A stretch of DNA of 64,000 nt, taken from NCBI RefSeq assembly GCF_006345805.1, contig NW_021832228.1, positions 138,114-202,113 of the forward strand. Direction: 5' to 3'. Position numbers and translations under genes: made by a program. This document shows, piece by piece, positions 60,690-64,000 of this stretch. Source of the stretch: Octopus sinensis. Its lineage: Eukaryota. Each line of letters begins with the position of its first letter. Positions within the stretch are counted from its first letter, which is position 1. The notes under the pieces are model-generated. The model ran no database searches and was not told where the DNA came from. It worked only from the letters and a program-made list of their open reading frames with translations.

Positions 60690-63250
60690 TATCCCTAGTC
60701 TGTCGTGTTGCTTACCTCAGACGGAACTTGACAACCTTCGCTGGCAAAGATACACCAATCCAAATCCCTCGAATTATACATCCTGGAAGACCCAGTGATC
60801 TTGGCCTACTCCCACAGTCGAAAGAAACAACCTCCTCGCTGCCTGGAGACGCATTCCTGTCGATAATTGGAAGAACTACGAACTGTGGCTGTTCTGGTAC
60901 AGCAACGATGTGCCCTCGATGGCCTCCACATTGGGAGAACAACTGGAGGGTTGTGCCATCCCCCATTGTAGTGCTTGAAGGCAGTTGGAACAGGGCATGT
61001 CCTATGACGACTCTCCTCCTCATGTTCTATCGAGCCACCACAATGCCTTCGAAAAGTACTCGAGTGTGCTATTGTAGAGCACTGGCCCACAAATATATAC
61101 GAGTTGGGACGTGCTTTGTTGACCCACATTCAAACTTGTTGTCTTGTTGGGTATTTGTAGACATTTCGCATTCTTCTTCAGGTTTTTCCTCCAAGGGACC
61201 ACTGTCTGTGCAGTCATCCACACCACACGCTGTCAGAGGCTGTTTATTCCCACAAAACAGGACTACAAGCAGTTGAGTGGCAGAAGGGGTTGCCTTTCTG
61301 TCTTATTTGTAGTTGTGTTGGCTCCCTGGGGATTGTGGGGCACGTTTACTGGCTCGGGTCAGTCAGTCGTCTCTGATAACTACATGCTGTCTGTGCAAAT
61401 TGACTGGCTAAAACCACTTTAATCTCCCCAAAACATTCTTCGATGCCAACGATCGAGTGTTCTTGACATCAAAATAGGTTTGCCCGTCCTTTTATTGCAG
61501 GGAATATGTCCAGTTGGTTCACCACGCCGCCCTTGTCCTCTTCATGGCGATTCCCCCGACGGAAGAGAAGGCCTCTCCCACCTACCCGGATTGGGAGTTC
61601 CGTGTGTTCAGTGACAAATGTGAGTGCGGGGGGTGCAGGACTGTTCTCAGGGTCGCCAAGTCCACCTCCCGTGTTCCCAAACATGCTAAATCAGCCAGAA
61701 GGGGGCTCCAAATCACACATGTTTTGACGCCAAAAAAGCAACAATTCCCCGACAAGGCCGAGGGGAGTGTTTCATTCCGCTCGATTCGTATAAAGCCACG
61801 ACTGGTCAAAATTACGAATAAAAAACTCGAGTCTACAAAGCCAGCGAAAAAGCCAACGTTGATAAATTCGATGGACTATTTGGGGCACCCTCCAGTTCAT
61901 TTGTCCGCTTTTGACTGGAAACTCGTTCGGCTTGAATTTTATTTTTTAGAGAAATATGTTCCAATTTCTGTCAATGAAACCCCCTAAGAACCTCCCTCTC
62001 CAGTGTACTATTTATTTAAGCGATCTCTTTTTTATGTCGTTGACTCATGTCAGCGATCTATTCACTCCGGACAAGCACTCACCCTTTGCTCGTATTCTTT
62101 GGCCAGGGACTTAAGTTGACAAGACTTGGTTTCCACAGCGAGAAAATACATTTCTCTGAAATTCATAAAAGAAAATACTTTTCAGTTGCAAGAGATTTGT
62201 TTTCTTGTTGTATGATAGTCAATTCGTTCTGTAACTTCCCAGCCAGTTCTAAAGAGATGACTCAACACGGCAAACGTGATGAATCAATCTTTTCACGTTG
62301 AAATTGCCCTTTCATGTTATTTAAGGCAGTCTGCAATTCCCTGGTCTGGGCAGTTAAGTCGATTATTTTTCCTTGGTCACGCTGTTTCTGCTCAGATATC
62401 TCATCGTTTAGTCGTCTTTCCATTTCCTTAAAACTGGCCAGGATTTCTAAAATGGGAATATCAAACAACTCGAATTGTCGTCCCTCAACTTCGAATTCGT
62501 ATTGAAAACTGATTTTGTCGCTCATAACTTCGTAATTTTTGGCCAGGATTCGACCAAGTTGTTTGTATTTGTCTTCCAAAACAAGCATCTTTCGATTTAA
62601 ATGAATTAATGCTGTTCTTGTTGTGTCCTGAATCGAGATTTGTTTGACTGAATGAAGTAGGGCTCCGCAAGAACATACTCACTTCCTTCTTTAAGTTCCT
62701 TATTAGAATTCCTTGTGACCCTACACTTGAGCTGAGTTGGGTGAGCTCCTCCATTTGCTGTCTAACGGGTTCGCTTGGACGTATTAAATGTCAATAAAAC
62801 TTTAATAAAACGTCTCTTTTCAAACTTTCCGTCTTTGATTGGTCTTCCACGGGGGACTGACCTTGTTCAAGTCGGGCATCTGTCATCCACATAGTCTAAG
62901 TACCTTCTGTCTCAACATTTCAACTTCGTGAACATAAGATGACTGACTCCACAATACTGACAGACGTGTCACTCAGTGGCATCTCGCAATCTCCTTGGGC
63001 AAGCTTTCTCTTTCTCACACCTAGCCCATCCCCTGTCAGCTCAACATGGTCCTCATGTGCCATAGCACACATTTTATTAGTAACTAGCTCGGCAGCTCGC
63101 TTCGCTCCCGCGACTAGCTCCTGCGGAGGGCCTGTTTCATCAAACAACTATAAGTTTAGTAGATGTATAAAACTACCTGGTTTAATGAACCCTATTCTAT
63201 CGCCTGTGATAAACGATTTTTGTCGTCCGTCCTTCCTTGGCATATATGAA
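60690..63250 (-). pseudogene. Large unidentified coiled-coil/low-complexity gene, decayed
   Basis: Heptad-like frames (FKEMERRLNDEISEQKQR..LTAQTRELQTALNNMK; LQNELTIIQQENKSL) with scattered stops; GC is higher than in the flanks. Confidence 0.45.
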
Positions 63251-63749
63251 TAAATTTTCTCTTCTGCCTACCCTCGAGCATCCCACATACAGCTGTCCAT
63301 GTGAAAAGCACTCACTCTCTAAAAAAACCAACTACCATTAATGACTGTCCCTGGCCTTGTTTATTGTCATTGCAAACTTTTTTTTTTCATTTTTTGTGTT
63401 TATTATTTTTTATATTTAATTTTTCATTTTTCCTTGTAATTTCCTGTTTTTTTTTTTTTTCTTTTTTTTTGTTTTTGTTTTTACTGGCGGAAATGGGGCA
63501 GGGGAGATGCGGCAGGCGGAAATGCGGCAGGCAAGAAAGCGACACACAAAAAAGATTTAATTAATTACCTTATTAAGCTGACCGTTTTTTCTTCAGCTCG
63601 TTTTTCCTCCTTCGGTTATCTATTTAAAAAATTATTTTTAATATAAAAAAGTTTAGGAAAGAGGCATACCGAAAATAAATTCTATCTTTACGAAAAACTC
63701 AAGTAAATAGTTAATATTTTTACGCAAATTCTTCTGATTGCGCTGTCAT

Positions 63750-63950
63750 TTGGTGGTAAATTGTGTTAATGGTTGTGCTAATGTGGTTTCAACTATCAAA
63801 GTGTTTTTCAAAATCTGTTAATTGCACACTCTATTCAAGGTCGTGCGTCAATTGGTGGTAAATTGTGTTAATGATTGTGCTAATGTGTGTTGAACCATCA
63901 AAGTGGTTTTTCAAAATCTGTTAATTGGCACACTCTATTCAAAGTCGTGC
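63750..63950. repeat. Tandem duplication of about 102 bp, 2 copies
   Basis: TGGTGGTAAATTGTGTTAATG...CACACTCTATTCAA.GTCGTGC starts at 63751 and 63853. Confidence 0.92.
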
Positions 63951-64000
63951 AATCTGTGAGTGCACATTCTGTCAAAGTCAAATATGGATAATAGCTTTAA

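Noticed and set aside
61514-61987. 157-aa plus-strand ORF
   Set aside because: It lies antisense to the decayed coiled-coil gene and has no recognisable motifs.

Overview
AT-rich eukaryotic, most likely metazoan, nuclear DNA. The host genes have extremely short spliceosomal introns (mostly 22-31 nt), there are TTAGGG-type repeats, and a divergent 18S rRNA fragment is present; together these suggest a dicyemid-like reduced parasite (inference). No clearly intact host gene was found. The window is a patchwork of intron-retaining but broken host gene pieces (IMPDH, ankyrin genes, Spt5, tropomyosin-like, CLUH, BRM/BRG1, GPN1, cathepsin L-like, C-type lectin, TatD, NAPE-PLD, lipin) interleaved with nested transposons (hAT, Ginger-like, Mutator, pogo, mariner/Tc1, RTE, I-group and CRE LINEs). 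Top observations: (1) two Ginger-type MITEs (TGTC..GACA ends, 5-bp TSD) each carrying a telomere-like array, plus a related integrase-coding element; (2) a near-intact CRE-clade retrotransposon with an N-terminal PHD finger, plus about ten family fragments; (3) an intronless, decayed bacterial-type surE that looks chlamydial; (4) an 18S rRNA fragment inserted with a 15-bp TSD; (5) an in-frame ankyrin/Spt5 junction; (6) a TatD gene whose two complementary halves lie about 7.8 kb apart. All homology calls are by eye from remembered motifs; no searches were run. Boundaries of decayed remnants are approximate.
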